DNA of 64,000 nucleotides from Candidatus Marinacidobacterales bacterium (GCA_965237955.1 OZ250169.1:3392001-3456000), one strand, 5' to 3'. Shown: positions 40,901 to 53,447, numbered from the stretch's first letter. Notes: a model not told the origin generated them from the sequence alone. Program-made: numbers and translations.

Positions 40901-41538
40901 GTGCCGGCGGACGAAAAAGAACAGGCCAATTTCTCCGATCTCGAGGAGCGCGAGATCATCGAGCTCTGTCGCGGCAACGGCGACGCCAAAGAGCTGGCGT
41001 GGGAGGAAATCGTTCGACGATTCCGCCGGCGAGTGTTCGGCATTGCTTACAAGTTTACCGGACGATACGAAGAGTCGCAGGACTTGACCCAGGAAATTTT
41101 CCTCAGGGTGTTCAAATCGCTCGACCAGTTCGACCAAAACGCGGACTTCGGTAACGTGGCTGTACTCGGTCAGCCGCAATCATTGCATCGACCACTATCG
41201 GAGCGGGCGTCGAGAGCGAGAGCTTTTGGTACGGCACGAGCTTTCGCTGGAGGATTTTCCTTCGGGGCGCTTCGATCCTCATCGTGCGGTCGAGTGGCGG
41301 GACAGGAAGAAACTGCTCGTGCAAGCTCTATCGAATCTGCCGGAGAAGCTGCGCGAGGCCGTCGTCCTGAGGGATATCAAGGAGCTCACCTATCAGGAGA
41401 TTGTGGATCGGCTCGACCTTTCCGAAGGCACGGTCAAGAGCAGAATCAATCGCGGGGCGGCAAGAGCTCGGGCGGGCGCTTCTCGCGATGAGAAAGCGCG
41501 ACAACAAGGCGGCAAAATCGACAGGTAAGACGTTATGA
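40901..41538 (+). CDS. ECF sigma-70 factor with two +1 frameshifts (near 41153 and 41456)
   Basis: DLTQEIFLRVF, TWLYSVSRNHCID, LPEKLREAVVLRD...YQEI...EGTVKSRINRG; the corrected frame ends at TGA overlapping the next ATG. Confidence 0.85.
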
Positions 41539-41870
41539 ATATTCTCATCGAATCACACGACGACATCAAAATCGTTCGCATCAAAGAAGAGCGGCTGGTC
41601 TATGCGATGCTCAGCTCGTTTTTCTCCGAGGTATCGTCGGTCATCGAGGGCGGAGCGAAGAAGCTCGTGATCGATTTGACCGATGTCAGCTATCTCGACA
41701 GCGCTTCGGTCGGCTGTCTGATGGATATTTATCGCTCCATGGCCGAGGGCGAAGGCACGATCAAACTCGTGGGGCTTCAAGAGCGCGTGGAGACCATGGT
41801 GAGCATGACGGGTCTCCATAATTTCATGGAGATCTACCGTGACGAATCCGCGGCCCTCGCGAGCTTCTGA
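41535..41870 (+). CDS. STAS domain anti-sigma factor antagonist
   Basis: LVIDLTDVSYLDSASVG. Confidence 0.9.
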   Translation: MNILIESHDDIKIVRIKEERLVYAMLSSFFSEVSSVIEGGAKKLVIDLTDVSYLDSASVGCLMDIYRSMAEGEGTIKLVGLQERVETMVSMTGLHNFMEIYRDESAALASF

Positions 41871-41923
41871 CCTTGCGAGCTTCTGAGAAGACACCGGTGG
41901 TGGTTGAGCATGAGGCAAAAGCA

Positions 41924-42220
41924 ATGAACAAAGTCAAGATGCTGACAGGACACGAGATTCCTCTCGATGGGGATTTGCTCTACATGCTGGAATCTTTCTA
42001 TCGAGAGGTCGCGCTCAAACGTGAGCTCAAGGCGACCTTCTACGATATGATGAACGAGATCGTCAACCTCGTCGAAGGGATGGACGAAGAGGCACGAAAG
42101 CAGTACCTCATCGAAAGCATCTTTTTGAACACGGTCACGTACGAGAACGAACGCCTGAGCGCCTACATGAAGAAGCTCACGGGACGCTCGGGCGACGACA
42201 CCGAGTCGAAGTTGGAGTAA
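41924..42220 (+). CDS. Hypothetical protein
   Basis: 98-aa ORF, gagg RBS, host codon usage. Confidence 0.7.
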   Translation: MNKVKMLTGHEIPLDGDLLYMLESFYREVALKRELKATFYDMMNEIVNLVEGMDEEARKQYLIESIFLNTVTYENERLSAYMKKLTGRSGDDTESKLE

Positions 42221-42245
42221 GAGGAGTGGAGCGTGTACCGAAGCG

Positions 42246-42657
42246 ATGAATAAGATGAGAGTTGTGACCGCGAGTGTCCTCGCGGTGATGTTGTGTGGCG
42301 TCGACAAGCACGAGCGTCACGCAACCGAAGAGCAAGCCCGGACCCGTGATGGAGATCGAGCCGAAAGAGCACGATTTCGGGGGAGTGAAACAAGATCAGA
42401 AGCTAGTGCACGAGTTCAAGGTGAACAACGTGGGAACCGAGGACTTGGAGATCCGGCGCATCTCCACGTCGTGTGGGTGCACCGCGGCCATACTCGCCGA
42501 ACGAATCGTGAAGCCGGGAGAATCGACGACCCTCGAAGTCGTCTTGGAGACGCGCAAGTACAAGGGCGTCATCGACAAGAGCGTGTCGGTGGCATCGAAC
42601 GACCGCGAGCGCGTCCGTACGGTACGTGTGCGCGCTTTCGTCGAAGTGCCGGAGTAA
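42246..42657 (+). CDS. DUF1573 domain exported protein; frameshift near 42294
   Basis: HDFG, FKVNNVG, STSCGCT, VKPGES; the signal peptide lies in the other frame from 42246. Confidence 0.8.
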
Positions 42658-42705
42658 TTCAGAGGAAACTTGCTGCTAAACAGGCCGAACGGATGCTCAG
42701 CTGAA

Positions 42706-43602
42706 CTAAGCCGTTTCGACTACTTCGACAGAAACGGCGCCAGCCGACGGAGCGGGCTCGGTGACGAGCTCCCAGCTTTCCGGGGTGCGGAGAATCGATT
42801 CCACGAGCTTCGTGTGGAGCTTGTGACCGGCGCGTGTCGCGACGACGTGAGCTTTCAACGGATTTCCGAGCAGCATGAGATCGCCTAGCAAGTCGAGAAG
42901 CTTGTGGCGGACGAATTCGTCGGGGAACCGTAGCGGATTGTTGAGAACGCCGGTCTCGCCGAGGACGACGGCGTTGTCGAGCGAGCCCCCGAGGGCTAGC
43001 CCGCTTTGCCGCATCAGCTCTACGTCCTTGAGAAACCCGAACGTCCGGGCGGGGGCGATTTCATCGACGAAACTGGTCTCATCGATCTCGGTCGAGTACT
43101 CCTGATGCCGCAACAGCGGGTGGTCGAAGTTGATGGTATAACTCAAGCGCAACGTATCGCACGGGTACGCGGCGACCGAACGCGCCCCATCGGTGACCGA
43201 GATCGGACTCGTGAGCTTCAGAGAAGATCGGAGCGCGGTAAGTTTTCTAATCCCGGCCTCGTGGATGAGGTAGATGAACGGGGCCGCACTCCCATCCATG
43301 ATCGGCACTTCCGGGCCATCGAGCTCGACGAGAACGTTGTCGACGCCGAGCGCATGAAACGCGGCGAGCAAATGTTCGACGGTCTCGATACGGACGCCAT
43401 CCCGGGCTAGGCATGTCGCGCGATTGATGTGAGAGAGGTGCCGAGCGGTGGCTGGGATTCTCGAGCCGTTCTGATCCAGCCTCACGAAAACGATTCCGCT
43501 GTCGGCAGGCGCCGGTTTGAGGGTCAAGGTGACGTTGCGGCCGGAGTGGAGGCCGATTCCGACGCAGGTCGTAGCTTCTTTGAGGGTTCTCTGCTTCCGC
43601 AT
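42706..43602 (-). CDS. lpxC: UDP-3-O-acyl-N-acetylglucosamine deacetylase
   Basis: GIGLHSG, TVEHL, PIMDGSA, IAPARTFGF, HKLLDLLGD, AGH. Confidence 0.97.
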   Translation of the reverse strand: MRKQRTLKEATTCVGIGLHSGRNVTLTLKPAPADSGIVFVRLDQNGSRIPATARHLSHINRATCLARDGVRIETVEHLLAAFHALGVDNVLVELDGPEVPIMDGSAAPFIYLIHEAGIRKLTALRSSLKLTSPISVTDGARSVAAYPCDTLRLSYTINFDHPLLRHQEYSTEIDETSFVDEIAPARTFGFLKDVELMRQSGLALGGSLDNAVVLGETGVLNNPLRFPDEFVRHKLLDLLGDLMLLGNPLKAHVVATRAGHKLHTKLVESILRTPESWELVTEPAPSAGAVSVEVVETA

Positions 43603-43647
43603 ACAGTCTATTGTCCCGGTAGCTGACCGGGCCCAGCATGGTCGTCA

Positions 43648-43663
43648 AGCAACTATCGTGCCA
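43648..43663 (-). promoter_or_regulatory. Sigma-54 -24/-12 promoter of lpxC
   Basis: TGGCACGATAGTTGCT on the minus strand, 45 nt upstream of the ATG. Confidence 0.8.
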
Positions 43664-43739
43664 GGCCTCGCCGCGGCACCGCTGAGCTAAGTGACGTCGG
43701 ACGACGGTGTTAAGACTACCCCGCATTGGGCGCGAACGC

Positions 43740-43794
43740 GAGTGTGTCACATTAGACACACTCTGATGGAGCGGTGTGTATCTTTTATGCACTC
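43740..43794. promoter_or_regulatory. Palindromic sites, candidate enhancer-binding-protein UAS
   Basis: Perfect gagtgtgtc-N6-gacacactc (43740-43763) plus imperfect gtgtgta-tcttt-tatgcac. Confidence 0.6.
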
Positions 43795-43959
43795 GTATTC
43801 ACTCGTGGCGCGGCTCCCTTGGCTTTGTTTCTGGTAAGATGAGTGCGTTCCCTGAAGAGGAGTTGGCGCCGAGGTGCGATTTGCGGGCAAAACGGCCTTG
43901 ATTACGGGATGATCATCGAACAAGCTCGAGCACAACCCGAACCGAAACAAGGCGATCGT

Positions 43960-44478
43960 ATGGATCTTGGCAACTACATTCAAAAGGGATTGCAGATCCT
44001 CCAGCTCGACGTCAACACGATTCGCGACGCGTCCAAGGACGAGGACGCGTTGCTGCCGGCACTCCTCTTTTTCGCGCTCGCCGGCCTCGCGAACGGCGCC
44101 GGACAATTCAACTTCCGGGTGATGATCTTCGGTCCCATTCTCGCGATGCTCCTTTCTTTCGTTCTCGTTGGACTCTTGAGCGTGCTCTCTCGTTTGTTCG
44201 GGAGCTCCGCGAGTTTCCTCAAGCTCTACCGTCCTCTCGGGCTCGCCGCACCGCTCCACTGGGTGCAAGCCGTGCCGATCATCGGACCGTTCCTGGGTTT
44301 TTTCGCGCTTCTCTACTTTGCGGTGGTCGCCGCGCTCACCGTCGAGACCGCGGGCGATCTGTCCCGCCCTAGAGCGGCGGCGGTGGTCGGACTCCTCGTC
44401 GGGATCAGCTTGTTCTTGTTCCTGGTGTTCTTCGCGATGGTGGGATCGCTTCTCTTGTTCCGCGCTTTATTCTCTTGA
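43960..44478 (+). CDS. Yip1-like membrane protein
   Basis: About five TM helices, LYRPLGLA, VPIIG. Confidence 0.7.
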   Translation: MDLGNYIQKGLQILQLDVNTIRDASKDEDALLPALLFFALAGLANGAGQFNFRVMIFGPILAMLLSFVLVGLLSVLSRLFGSSASFLKLYRPLGLAAPLHWVQAVPIIGPFLGFFALLYFAVVAALTVETAGDLSRPRAAAVVGLLVGISLFLFLVFFAMVGSLLLFRALFS

Positions 44479-44548
44479 ATGCTGGCTTGCGTTCCTCCTC
44501 AGTTTTCTCTAACTTAATAGGCAAAGCAAAGCAGGAGGCATCGGCGCA

Positions 44549-47068
<2,520 letters not shown>

Positions 47069-47071
47069 GCG

Positions 47072-48979
47072 ATGGCGACGTACACCGCGAAAGACATCAC
47101 CGTTCTCCAGGGCCTCGAGCCCGTCCGCAAACGTCCGGGCATGTACATCGGTGGCGTCTCGTCCCACGGTCTCCACCATTTGATTTGGGAAGTCCTCGAC
47201 AACAGCGTCGACGAGGCCATGAATGGGTACGCCACGCAGATTCACGTGACGCTTCACAAAGACGGCTCGTCGATCACGATTACCGACGACGGTCGAGGAA
47301 TTCCCATCGATCGCCATCCGCGAGCGAAAAAGCCCGCGCTCGAGGTCATCCTCACCACGCTCCACGCGGGAGGAAAGTTCGACGGACAAAACTACAAGAC
47401 CGCGGGCGGCCTTCACGGCGTCGGTGCGTCGGTGGTGAACGCCCTCTCGTCGCAACTAATCGCAAGGGTGAAACGAAACGGCTCTATCTACGAGCAGAGG
47501 TTCAAGGCGGGAAAGCCCGCTACTCAGCTCCGGAAGAAAGGCCCCGGCCGCGGCTCGGGCACGAGCATCACGTTTCATCCGGACCCGAAAATTTTCCCGA
47601 AGACCCGCTTCAACCCAGAGACGATCAAAGAGCGTCTCGAGACGACGAGCTACTTGCACAAGGGACTCCGGATTACCTTCATCGACGAGGCCTCGAAGCA
47701 GAAAATCGTCTTCGAGCACGATGAAGGCATTAGCGCGTACCTAGCTCGGATACTCCACGAGCGACGCGCTAAGCCCGTCCACGAGACACCGTTCGTCATC
47801 GAGCAGCAGAACGAGCAGGGGACCCGGCTAGAGCTGGTCATGCAGTGGACCGAGTCCACCGACGAGTATCTGCGAAGCTTCGTCAACGGGATCCCGACCG
47901 GATCGGGGGGCTCCCACGAGAACGGATTTCGCTCGGGACTCGGCAAGGCAGTGCGAAACTACATCGACACCCACAAGCTTACTCCCAAAGGTGTGTCGCT
48001 TTCTTCCGAAGACATTCGCGAAGGCGTCGTCGGCGTTCTCAGCGTCTTCATCACCGATCCGCAGTTCCAAGGACAGACCAAGGATCGGTTGCACAATCCC
48101 GAAGTACAGCAGTATCTCGACGGTGCGGTGCGACCGCAGCTCGAGCATTGGCTCAACCATAACCGCTCCACAGCCGAAGCCATCGTCGCGCGCATCATCC
48201 TCGCGGCGCGCGCGCGAGAAGCGTCACGCGCCGCCTCGGCGGCGGTGGCTCGCAACACCGCCACGAAGTCGCGGTTGATGTTGCCCGGCAAACTGACCGA
48301 TTGCACTTCGACGCGGTCGGCGGAAACGGAGATCTTCATCGTGGAAGGCGACTCGGCCGGCGGATCGGCGAAGCAAGGTCGCGACCGCGCCAAACAAGCG
48401 GTGTTGCCGCTTCGCGGCAAGGTCTTGAACGTCGAGCAAGCGTCGCTCGCGAAAGTTCTCGAGAACAAGGAGCTCGCCGACCTCGTGCAAGCTCTCGGCT
48501 GCGGTCTCGGAAAGAACTTCGACCTCGACAAGCTTCGCTACCAGCGTGTGATTCTTCTCGCCGACGCCGACGCCGACGGGCATCACATCACCACGCTCCT
48601 TCTGACGTTCATCTACCGCTACATGCCCGAGCTCATCCGCGCGCGGCGCGTGTTTATCGCGCAACCGCCGCTATATCGCATCGACATCAACCAGAAGACC
48701 TATTGGGCCGCTGACGATTTCGCTCGAGCCCGCATTCTGGAGCAACACGGCAAAGGCCGGAACGCGGACATCACACGGTTCAAAGGGTTGGGCGAGATGA
48801 TGCCCAAGGTCCTGTGGGAAACGACACTCAACCCAAAGACGCGGCGGCTACTGCGCGTCAGCATCGATAACGCGCTCGAAACGGACCGCGTCATCGCCGA
48901 TCTCATGGGGAAGGATCCGTCGGCGCGATTCAACTTCATCATGGAGCGCGCCGAAGAAGCCGAACAACTCGACGTGTAG
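47072..48979 (+). CDS. parE: Type IIA topoisomerase subunit B (topoisomerase IV-like)
   Basis: VRKRPGMYIG, EVLDNSVDE, GGLHGVG, EGDSAGG, PLRGK, DADADG, RFKGLGEM. Confidence 0.85.
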   Translation: MATYTAKDITVLQGLEPVRKRPGMYIGGVSSHGLHHLIWEVLDNSVDEAMNGYATQIHVTLHKDGSSITITDDGRGIPIDRHPRAKKPALEVILTTLHAGGKFDGQNYKTAGGLHGVGASVVNALSSQLIARVKRNGSIYEQRFKAGKPATQLRKKGPGRGSGTSITFHPDPKIFPKTRFNPETIKERLETTSYLHKGLRITFIDEASKQKIVFEHDEGISAYLARILHERRAKPVHETPFVIEQQNEQGTRLELVMQWTESTDEYLRSFVNGIPTGSGGSHENGFRSGLGKAVRNYIDTHKLTPKGVSLSSEDIREGVVGVLSVFITDPQFQGQTKDRLHNPEVQQYLDGAVRPQLEHWLNHNRSTAEAIVARIILAARAREASRAASAAVARNTATKSRLMLPGKLTDCTSTRSAETEIFIVEGDSAGGSAKQGRDRAKQAVLPLRGKVLNVEQASLAKVLENKELADLVQALGCGLGKNFDLDKLRYQRVILLADADADGHHITTLLLTFIYRYMPELIRARRVFIAQPPLYRIDINQKTYWAADDFARARILEQHGKGRNADITRFKGLGEMMPKVLWETTLNPKTRRLLRVSIDNALETDRVIADLMGKDPSARFNFIMERAEEAEQLDV

Positions 48980-48985
48980 AGGCCC

Positions 48986-50071
48986 ATGCTCAAGAAGGGT
49001 CTCGCGGTTTTCTTGGCGCTCGCGGTTGTCGCGCTCTCTGCGGTTTGGGTTGTCGATTTCGATGCGACCGAGCTCGGAACCGCGGCGCTTCGCCAAGCGA
49101 GTGCATCAACAGGAATTCAACTTGATGCCTCACGATACCGCATCAATTTGGTGCGAGGTCTCGAGCTCGAAAACGTCGAGGCGAGCGCACGCGTCCCTGG
49201 CGGTCGCTACACGATCACGATGCCCGCGATGCGGTTCGACCACCGCGTGCTCTCGCTTTTGAGCGGACGACTCGAGTTCGAAAGAGTCGTCCTTACCGAG
49301 CCGCGTGTCGCGATCGTCACCGCTTCCGAGCCGGAACCCACCGCGCCGGCGTCGCCATCGACTCGAGCACGCCGCTCGCGCGAGCGTTCCGAGGCACCAT
49401 CGGCCGAGCCCTCCACCTCACCCGTCGAGCTTCGAGTTCGTGAGATCGAGCTCTCGGGAGCAGCGTTCTCGTTCAACGACGAGCTATCTCTCGACGGCGT
49501 CGACATATCGCTCCAAAGCCCTGCCCTCGCGACCGGTGCCCTGACCCTCTTGCATGCGATCGCCGCCACCGGACAGATTTCGATTCAGGAGCTTTCGTTC
49601 CGTACGACGACGGTCCAAAACGTCGCTGCAACGCTGGGCTTATCGGGAGGCCGGCTCGAGCTTGCCGACGGTGCGTTCGAGACGGACCGGGGCTCGTTCC
49701 AAGCGAACGTTCATCTGGATTTCAATTCCTTCCCCGTTCGCCACCGCCTGTCGTTGACCGGCCGGCTTACCGGCGTCCCCGGTGTGGTGAGCTTCGAAGG
49801 GGAGGGCTTCGGGCTCGACGCGACGAACTTGAAAGGGGAAGGTCGGTGGACGGTGCCGGCCGGACGGTTCGATGCCGCACCGCTGTGGCAGATTTTGGAG
49901 CTCACCGGGTCGGCGTACGAGGCGACCGAGCTCTCGTTTCGAGTTGCGGACGGCCGGCTCACGCTCGACGGGTTGTGGATTCGTGGCTCGGTCGGGCTCG
50001 ACGGCACGCTCGATCTGGTTGTTAGTGGCACGGAAGTTTCGGGAACGTGGGATGCTCCGGTGGTTAGGTGA
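48986..50071 (+). CDS. AsmA-family-like protein
   Basis: N-terminal TM, beta-strand-rich body, L..PRV motif. Confidence 0.65.
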   Translation: MLKKGLAVFLALAVVALSAVWVVDFDATELGTAALRQASASTGIQLDASRYRINLVRGLELENVEASARVPGGRYTITMPAMRFDHRVLSLLSGRLEFERVVLTEPRVAIVTASEPEPTAPASPSTRARRSRERSEAPSAEPSTSPVELRVREIELSGAAFSFNDELSLDGVDISLQSPALATGALTLLHAIAATGQISIQELSFRTTTVQNVAATLGLSGGRLELADGAFETDRGSFQANVHLDFNSFPVRHRLSLTGRLTGVPGVVSFEGEGFGLDATNLKGEGRWTVPAGRFDAAPLWQILELTGSAYEATELSFRVADGRLTLDGLWIRGSVGLDGTLDLVVSGTEVSGTWDAPVVR

Positions 50072-50077
50072 GCCAGG

Positions 50078-50193
50078 AAAAACGAACGCAAAGGCGCCAA
50101 GACGCAAAGGCGCAAAGGGGCCGAATCGAGTACAGCAAAGCGAACTCGAACCCTTTGCGTCCTTGCGCCTTGGCGCCTTTGCGTTCGTTTTTC
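50078..50193. repeat. Inverted 8-bp array pair, copy 4 (near-perfect ~40-bp stem)
   Basis: gaaaaacgaacgcaaaggcgccaagacgcaaaggcgcaaaggg ... ccctttgcgtccttgcgccttggcgcctttgcgttcgtttttc. Confidence 0.92.
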
Positions 50194-50210
50194 GGGATCG
50201 GCCGAGTGCT

Positions 50211-51080
50211 CTAGTCGCGACTCGTCCGCTCGAACCGCAACGCCGCGATCTGCTCTGACAGCAGCCCGAACAGGAACAGCACCGCCGCCCCGGTAATTAG
50301 CAGCACCGAAGTGTTCGTAACGTGGATCTCGGTAATGATCGTGTAGATCATGTATCCGGTCCCGACAAGAAAAAACACGAGCGAGATCGGAAAGAAAATC
50401 CGAAGAGGGCTGAAAAGGGTAATCATGCGCAAGATGAGCATGACGAAACGCCACCCCTCGCGCCACGGTCGCATCTTGGTCTTCTCGCTCCCGCCGCGCT
50501 TTTGGCCGTCGATGGGCACGAAGCACACACTGTAGCCCGCCTTGACGAAGGCGAGCGTGCTCGTGGCCGGGTAGCTGAACCCGTTCGGGAACAAGTGCAG
50601 GAACTCGCGGAACAAGCTCCTTTTTGCGGCGCGAAATCCCGAGGTGAGATCGGAGATGGGAAACCCGGAGAGCATCGACGCGAATCGATTGAGCGCACTG
50701 TTGCCGAGCCCGCGTGAGAGGGTCGCCTGGCTTGCGAATGAGCGCGCGCCTATTACGAGCTCGTACTCGGACAGCTTCTCGGTCAGCTTCGTGATTTCCG
50801 CGGGCGGGTGCTGGCCGTCCGCGTCCATGAGCAAAATGAACTCCCCAACGGCTGCGCGCACCGCGGTCTTGACGGCCGCGCCGTTGCCTTTGTTGTAGGG
50901 ATGGCGGATGACTTTCGCCCCCGCTTTCGCGGCCGCGTCGGCGGTTCCATCCTTGGAGCCGTCGTCGACGACGATGACTTCTTTCCAATGACCGAGGCTT
51001 TGGATCTCGGCGATGATCTCGGCGATCGCGCTTTCTTCTTCGAATGCAGGGATCAGAACGCTGGTGCGCTCGAACGTCAT
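50211..51080 (-). CDS. GT2 glycosyltransferase (DPM/DPG synthase-like)
   Basis: IPAFEE, VDDGSKD, MDADGQH, DLTSGFRA; C-terminal TM helices. Confidence 0.9.
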   Translation of the reverse strand: MTFERTSVLIPAFEEESAIAEIIAEIQSLGHWKEVIVVDDGSKDGTADAAAKAGAKVIRHPYNKGNGAAVKTAVRAAVGEFILLMDADGQHPPAEITKLTEKLSEYELVIGARSFASQATLSRGLGNSALNRFASMLSGFPISDLTSGFRAAKRSLFREFLHLFPNGFSYPATSTLAFVKAGYSVCFVPIDGQKRGGSEKTKMRPWREGWRFVMLILRMITLFSPLRIFFPISLVFFLVGTGYMIYTIITEIHVTNTSVLLITGAAVLFLFGLLSEQIAALRFERTSRD

Positions 51081-52075
51081 CGGTGGGTTTCCTGATGCTC
51101 CCGATCCCCCAGTTCCTTTTGCGACGTTTCTTTGTCGATGTGCTCGTCGAGCAGGCGCTGGCGGTAGAGCGCTTCTTCGACGAGGCGCCGCTGGGTCGCG
51201 TTGATGTCCATCACCAACCCGATGAGGAAAATCATGAACCCGAGGATCAAGAGCACTCCGGCGAGAATAACCGATTGCACGTGCCCTTGCCCCTCGTGCA
51301 GGATCTCGCGGAAGTACAGATAGCGGAGCGAGAATGCGATACCGGGCACGATGAACGCCGCACTGGCGTAGCTGAAGAACTTGAGCGGCTCGTACATTGC
51401 GTAAATGCGTACGATGGTCGCGGCGGAGCGCTTGACGTAGTCCCAGTTGGAGCGGATGAGGCGGCTCGGCCGGGTCTTGCGCGCGTCGATGGGAACTTGC
51501 GCGATCGCAAGGCGTTTCTTTCCCGCTTGGATGATGGACTCGAGCGTGTAAGTGTAGTCGGAGACGAGGTTCAAGCGTTGCGCTGCGTTTCGCGTAAACG
51601 CGCGGAATCCGCTCGTCGTATCGATGACGTCGGTTCCCGATACTTGCCGAACCACCCAGCTCCCGAGTGCCTGGAGCTTTTTCTTGGTGAACGAGAAATG
51701 CTCGACGTTTGCGACTTGCCGGTCGCCGATGACCATGTCGGCGTCGCCTCTCAGGATGGGCGCGACGAGCGCGGGTATCGACGAGCCCGGGTATTGGTTA
51801 TCGGCGTCGGTGTTGACGATGATGTCGGCGCCTAGCCTCAGAGCCGCGTCGAGCCCGGCTTTGAACGTCGCGGCGAGGCCACGACTTCGAGTGGATCGCA
51901 CCACGTGATCCGCGCCGTGGCGCCGAGCAACCTCCGCCGAGCCGTCGGTCGAGCCGTCGTCCATCAGAAGAACCTCGATGGTGTCGATGCCGTCGATGTG
52001 TCGAGGGATCTCGGCGAGCGTCTCGGGAAGCTGGTCCGCTTCGTTGAGACAGGGAATCTGGACGATGAGTTTCAT
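51077..52075 (-). CDS. GT2 glycosyltransferase
   Basis: MKLIVQIPCLNE, DDGSTD, NTDADNQY, SGFRA. Confidence 0.9.
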   Translation of the reverse strand: MKLIVQIPCLNEADQLPETLAEIPRHIDGIDTIEVLLMDDGSTDGSAEVARRHGADHVVRSTRSRGLAATFKAGLDAALRLGADIIVNTDADNQYPGSSIPALVAPILRGDADMVIGDRQVANVEHFSFTKKKLQALGSWVVRQVSGTDVIDTTSGFRAFTRNAAQRLNLVSDYTYTLESIIQAGKKRLAIAQVPIDARKTRPSRLIRSNWDYVKRSAATIVRIYAMYEPLKFFSYASAAFIVPGIAFSLRYLYFREILHEGQGHVQSVILAGVLLILGFMIFLIGLVMDINATQRRLVEEALYRQRLLDEHIDKETSQKELGDREHQETHR

Positions 52076-52089
52076 GAGGGCAAACAACT

Positions 52090-52189
52090 CAACGCAAAGG
52101 CGCAAGGACGCAAAGACGCAAAGAAAGAGCAAGCGCGTGAGCCCGATTGAGCTCTCTTTGCGCCTCCGCGCCTTTGCGCCTTTGCGTTG
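52090..52189. repeat. Inverted 8-bp array pair, copy 5
   Basis: caacgcaaaggcgcaaggacgcaaagacgcaaaga ... tctttgcgcctccgcgcctttgcgcctttgcgttg. Confidence 0.9.
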
Positions 52190-52198
52190 AAAAAAGGA

Positions 52199-53260
52199 TC
52201 AGACATTGAAGCGAAAGTAGACCACATCTGCTTCGGTAATGGGATAGTCTTTTCCCTCGAGGCGTAGGAGCCCTTTGTCCCGGCAGGCGTTCCACGATCC
52301 TTCCTCGACGAGGACGTCGTAAGTGACGACTTCGGCGCGGATGAAGCCCCGCTCCATGTCGCTATGGATCGTGCCTGCGGCTTTCGCAGCCCGGGTCTCA
52401 CGCCGGATAATCCATGCGCGAGACTCGGTATCGCATGCCGTATAGAACGTGATGACCTGAAGAAGCTCGAAGGCCGCGCGGACGATGCGCTCGACCATCC
52501 CTTCGCTCAGCCCGAGGTCTTTGCGGAACGTCTTGGCGTCTTCGGATGAGAGCTCGGCGATCTCGGCTTCGATCTTCGCCGAGACATAGGTCAACCGGAG
52601 ATCCGGGGCGTCCGCCCAATCCGTGAGCCCCAGTTTTTCCGTGAGCTCAGGATCGGAAGCCTGGTCTTCGCGGACATTGACGACGGCCAGTATCGGTTTC
52701 GCCGTCAACAGCGCGTAGCCCTTCAACCGGTCCCGATCCTCGACCGAGAACACCGACCGGAGCGGCTTGCCTTCGGCGAGCGCGTCCTTCGCTTTCCCCA
52801 AGAGCTTGAGCTCGCGGGGATCGGCCTTGTTGCCTTTTTTCGAATCGGAGACCATGCGCTCGTAGCGCTTTTCGACGACGGCGAGATCTGCGAGCGTCAG
52901 CTCGAGCTCCATGACTTCGATGTCGCGCGCGGCATCGACGCTCCCCTCAGGGTGCGGCACCGACGGCTCCTCGAACGCACGCACGACGTGAACGAGCACA
53001 TCCACGTTGCGGAGGTTCGCAAGGTCCAGCTTGTCGGTGGAGCGACCTTTCTCCACGCTGGGGATGAGTACGAAGTCGATCGTGGCGGCGGTGGTTTTCT
53101 TGGACTCATACAAGCGGGTGAGCTCCAAGAGTTTGAGGTCCGGCACTTTGAGCACTCCGAGCTGCTCGGTCCTCGCGGAAGCCGCCCCGGCCACCTGCGT
53201 TAGAAGCGCGAACAGCGTGCGCTTGCCTACCCCGCTGAATCCGACGATTCCAGCTTTCAT
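52199..53260 (-). CDS. ychF: YchF/DUF933 family OBG-type protein with degenerate nucleotide-binding motifs
   Basis: HVVRAF, LLTAKP, AAGTIHSDMERGFIRAEV, RLEGKDY, FRFNV; G1 is GVGKRT and G3 is LIPS. Confidence 0.8.
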   Translation of the reverse strand: MKAGIVGFSGVGKRTLFALLTQVAGAASARTEQLGVLKVPDLKLLELTRLYESKKTTAATIDFVLIPSVEKGRSTDKLDLANLRNVDVLVHVVRAFEEPSVPHPEGSVDAARDIEVMELELTLADLAVVEKRYERMVSDSKKGNKADPRELKLLGKAKDALAEGKPLRSVFSVEDRDRLKGYALLTAKPILAVVNVREDQASDPELTEKLGLTDWADAPDLRLTYVSAKIEAEIAELSSEDAKTFRKDLGLSEGMVERIVRAAFELLQVITFYTACDTESRAWIIRRETRAAKAAGTIHSDMERGFIRAEVVTYDVLVEEGSWNACRDKGLLRLEGKDYPITEADVVYFRFNV

Positions 53261-53304
53261 TGTCGCGTGGAGTTTACTACAGCGTAGATACCAGCTCGGC
53301 GCCG

Positions 53305-53447
53305 ACCCCCTGCCCCGGTCCGCCCCCGTTCCCGAAGCCCCGAGCTCGCAAGATTGCACTCAACGCCTCACACGAAGAGGCGAAGCGAAACTTGGCGTTT
53401 TTAAGGTGGAATGGGACGGGGATGGGCAGGGGGCAGGGGCAGGGGAA
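53305..53447. repeat. Inverted, degenerate 6-bp G/C array pair
   Basis: gaccccctgccccggtccgcccccgttcccgaagcccc ... gggacggggatgggcagggggcaggggcagggg. Confidence 0.55.

Noticed and set aside
4150-42300. Programmed ribosomal frameshifting as the cause of split ORFs
   Set aside because: No slippery heptamers at the break points, and the gene families are unrelated.
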